Virus record (IMG/VR): IMGVR_UViG_3300010938_000950
Location: 145,767 to 209,766 of that record
Length of the DNA stretch: 64,000 nt
Reading direction: 5' to 3' (one strand)
The position numbers were made by a program, and so were the translations under genes. This document shows positions 60,983-64,000 of the stretch, one piece after another; position 1 is the first letter of the stretch, and every line of letters begins with the position of its first letter. The notes beneath the pieces were generated by a model that was given only the letters and a program-made list of their open reading frames with translations, was not told where the DNA came from and searched no databases.

Positions 60983-61696
60983 ATGAACGGTGCAATTTAT
61001 GTCTCTGAGTCTGGTAATACCAAAATCAATGGCTCCAAGAAGGTAGATGCCACCTATGTCTCTATCAAGGCTTCCTGTCCCAAGGATTGCTCTTTGATGG
61101 GCGAAGGTTGCTATGCTGAGTTGGGCTATGTGGGTATCACCACTCACCGATTGGATGATGAAGCCAAGGGTATGACTCCATTGGCGGCTGCCCGAGCTGA
61201 GGCTAAAGCTATCGATGAGTCTTACAAAGGTGGACCAGTACCTGCTGGTCGTGACCTTCGCATTCACGTTGCTGGCGACTCTCGTACCCTGTTAGGAACG
61301 CGAATAATCAACAAGGCCATTGGGCGCTGGAAGCAGCGCGGTGGTGGTGCAGTCTGGACGTATACTCATGCATGGAAGCATGTTCCCCGTGAAGAGTGGA
61401 GTCATGTTTCTATTCTCGCTTCCGTTAATCATGTTGGCGAAGTAGAGGATGCACGTGAGCAAGGGTATGCGCCTGCCATTGTGGTCCCAGAATTTCCTGG
61501 TGAGAAAGCTTTCCAATTGGATGGCTGTGACACCAAGTTCATTCCGTGCCCCAACCAGACTCGTGGTGTTGGTTGTACTGATTGTCGTCTCTGTTTCAAT
61601 GCAGACCGACTTCATGACGGCAACTTTGGCATTGCCTTTGCTGCACACGGAGCTAAGAAGGAACCGCTCAAGCGACATCTCAACGTGCTCCAATGA
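60983..61696 (+). CDS. Phage gp88-like, radical-SAM-like Cys-cluster protein
   Basis: SCPKDCSLMGEGCYA (Cx3Cx6C), RIHVAGD, WTYTH, CP...CTDCRLC, F..HG. Confidence 0.65.
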   Translation: MNGAIYVSESGNTKINGSKKVDATYVSIKASCPKDCSLMGEGCYAELGYVGITTHRLDDEAKGMTPLAAARAEAKAIDESYKGGPVPAGRDLRIHVAGDSRTLLGTRIINKAIGRWKQRGGGAVWTYTHAWKHVPREEWSHVSILASVNHVGEVEDAREQGYAPAIVVPEFPGEKAFQLDGCDTKFIPCPNQTRGVGCTDCRLCFNADRLHDGNFGIAFAAHGAKKEPLKRHLNVLQ

Positions 61697-62689
61697 AAGC
61701 TAAAGACTATTTAGCTAAACTACGTCAGGCTCCCAGAATGTTTGCCTCTAATAAAGAATCATTCTGTGCGCAGGTTATTACTGCACTCATTATGGATGAT
61801 ATAGAGTTTAAAATTCCGGGGCCTGGTAGTGATAGCGGCAATTTTTATGCCAAACATATTGGCAGACAAGGTAGCGCCATCATAGGATGTAATGACCCTT
61901 TTGATGATGAATGGGCTCACGCCGTAGTAGATGATGCTCTTTCATTTATTGGAAAGTAATATGACTGAACGAGAAATGTTTGAGAAATCTTTTCAACGCC
62001 CCAAGAACTACTTCAAGCTAAGTGCTCGTGAACAATGGGATATCGATGCTAGACTTGGTATTCTAGATTGGAACGGTGATGGTCTAACAGAAGAAGACTT
62101 GAAGCGTTTCGATGAACATTACGAGAAGTAAGATGTACTCTACTACTAATGGATGCACATGCCATATGATCCAATCACCAGGCCAACCTTTCCTACAATG
62201 TATCTCATGTCGAAGTCGAGCGGAACGAGCTAAAGAAGGAAAGACTTGCGACCGTTGTGGCGTGGGCGTACACACACATGATGGAGATTCTGAAGAGATG
62301 GGCGGACTTTGCAGCGAGTGTTACTATGACCAATGAAAAGCAAAAGGCAATTAGAACGCTGATGCGTGAACCTCTAATATTCCATGAGAATATTGAGTGG
62401 CTAGGCCGATGTCTGTCGGTATTACATCCAGAACGATACTGTATTATTACAGTTGGAAAATCTTTTCATATTCGTTTGTCACCTTCTGCTCTAGAAGATA
62501 TTGAACGAATACCAGAGAAAGAATTCTTTACTATCTTTGATGATATAAAGAAGGACATGTACGAAGACCGGCGCAAATGCACAACCATCATTGGTCTCCT
62601 TTCAACTCTTCAATCCGAAGAGGAAGAGAAGATTAAGAAGCGAATCGCTCTAGAAGAAGACGAGCGAAGCAAATATCGAAGGTACTGAA

Positions 62690-63829
62690 ATGACTGACTG
62701 GAATCCCCAAATTGTTCGAATTGAAAAGGTAGAGAAGCATCCGTATGCAGATGCATTGGATATTGCTACCGTGCTCGGGGACTATCCGGTCATCGTCAAA
62801 CGAGATGAATATAAAGAAGGCGATCTAGCTGGCTATATTCCCATCGATTCTATTGTTCCTGATACAGAGCAATTCCATTTTCTATGTCCTAAGATTACTG
62901 AGAAGTATGAAGAGGTTGAGGACAACGAGATTGTAACTAAGACTCGTACGCTCGGCCCTAAGTTCCCAGTTGGTTCTGTTCCTGAGAAAAATCGTATCAT
63001 TAAAGCAAAGAAAATTCGTGGAATCTATTCGCAAGGAATGCTCGTTTCTATCCAGAGCCTTCCATTGGTTCCTGCCGGAGATATGAAAATCCTAGGATGG
63101 TTTAATCCTGGCGATACAATTACAGAGCTTCTTGGACTCAAAAAATGGGAAGAGGAAGAAGAGGAAAATCTTCCTGGTCTTAAAAAGACCGGCCGCAATA
63201 ATGAGAAAGCACCTCAAGGATGGTCTATTCCTCATTATGATATTGACTCAGTGCGCAAGGTAGTTCGTCTTCTTCAGCCCGGAGAAGAGATTGTTCTTAC
63301 TGAAAAGATTCATGGTTCCAATGCCGGATTCTCACATGATGGCACACGCCTATGGGTAAAGTCTCGTAACTTCTATAAGAAGCAAGATGAAGAAGATATG
63401 TGGTGGGATATTGCTATCCGCTACGAATTGGAGAAGAAGCTTTCTCAATATCCTGGTCTTGTTTTCTTTGGGGAAGTTTACGGTCAAGTAAAAAAATTCC
63501 GATACGATACTGTTATCGAAGGCGGGCGTCTGCTCACACGTATACGTTTCTTTGATGTATGGGATACTAAGAAGGGACGATACGTTGACTATGATGATCG
63601 TATTAAGATCATTACAGATGCTGGTCTGGATACCGTTCCAGAGTTGTACCGTGGTCCATGGCTTGGAAAGGAACAAATGTATCCTTTTGCTGAGGGCTTG
63701 ACAACCCTAGGTGGCAAACATATTCGTGAAGGTTGGGTTCTCAACACCGTCAAAGAAAGGTTTGAGCCCGAACTAAATTCCCGTATGCAAGTAAAGTTGG
63801 TGGGGGAAGGTTATAACCTTCAGAAGTAA
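62690..63829 (+). CDS. RNA ligase, DRB0094 family
   Basis: N-terminal HPYADAL/KIRGIYSQG OB-like region; EKIHGSN, FGEVYG, FFDV, REGWV and KLV motifs. Confidence 0.9.
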   Translation: MTDWNPQIVRIEKVEKHPYADALDIATVLGDYPVIVKRDEYKEGDLAGYIPIDSIVPDTEQFHFLCPKITEKYEEVEDNEIVTKTRTLGPKFPVGSVPEKNRIIKAKKIRGIYSQGMLVSIQSLPLVPAGDMKILGWFNPGDTITELLGLKKWEEEEEENLPGLKKTGRNNEKAPQGWSIPHYDIDSVRKVVRLLQPGEEIVLTEKIHGSNAGFSHDGTRLWVKSRNFYKKQDEEDMWWDIAIRYELEKKLSQYPGLVFFGEVYGQVKKFRYDTVIEGGRLLTRIRFFDVWDTKKGRYVDYDDRIKIITDAGLDTVPELYRGPWLGKEQMYPFAEGLTTLGGKHIREGWVLNTVKERFEPELNSRMQVKLVGEGYNLQK

Positions 63830-64000
63830 ATGAGTGAAGATAACAATGATGAAGAGGTTTTAAAAAGCCTTTTTCCTAATCCAGAAGATAAGTGCCCAGA
63901 ATGCGGTCATGAAGAGAAATTCCATTCTATTGATGATGGTTGGATTACTTGTAGTGCCGACAATTGGTCATGTAACTGCGGTAATAATATAGGCCGCTAA

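Larger units (their letters stand above)
56396..62688 (+). other. Hypothetical ORFs including 56396..56785, 58011..58220, 58221..58631 (QIKEKxGGLR family), 58638..58943, 60232..60513, 60790..60981, 61693..61959 and 62257..62688
   Basis: Contiguous + strand ORFs. Confidence 0.65.

Noticed and set aside
1-64000. Alternative genetic code (stop-codon reassignment) as in some jumbo phages
   Set aside because: Recognisable enzymes are full length under the standard code and all three stop codons terminate genes.

Overview
A 64-kb segment of a large (jumbo-type) lytic bacteriophage genome, probably the early/accessory host-takeover region of a phage infecting a myxobacterium. The host is inferred from a Polyangiales-type FGE-sulfatase lipoprotein, sigma54 promoters and a pilin-like peptide. 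Essentially all credible genes are on the + strand. Most are small hypothetical proteins, and no structural, packaging, core replication, integrase or cas genes are present. Recognisable products: a TerD-domain protein, Prim-Pol domain, metallophosphoesterase, AhpD-like protein, PRTase, SprT/DUF2786 protein, RadC-like JAB protein, HNH and EndoVII-type nucleases, a deaminase, two RNA ligases, a Trbp111-like tRNA-binding protein, a kinase-like protein, a gp88-like Cys-cluster protein and one tRNA-Glu. The most striking content is non-coding. (1) An 11-mer CTCCCATTCAC occurs 46 times by my count (plus 6 CTCCCATTCAT), always on the + strand, with density falling steeply along the window. (2) Five sigma54 -24/-12 promoters share a GGGTGCA tail. 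(3) A four-copy covarying RNA motif sits in two tandem pairs, one directly behind the TerD-family gene. (4) Six tRNA-like elements keep acceptor and T arms but have broken D or anticodon arms. (5) There is a type II hammerhead ribozyme candidate. (6) Several large structured non-coding regions are present. All counts and pairings were read by eye; no database searches were run.
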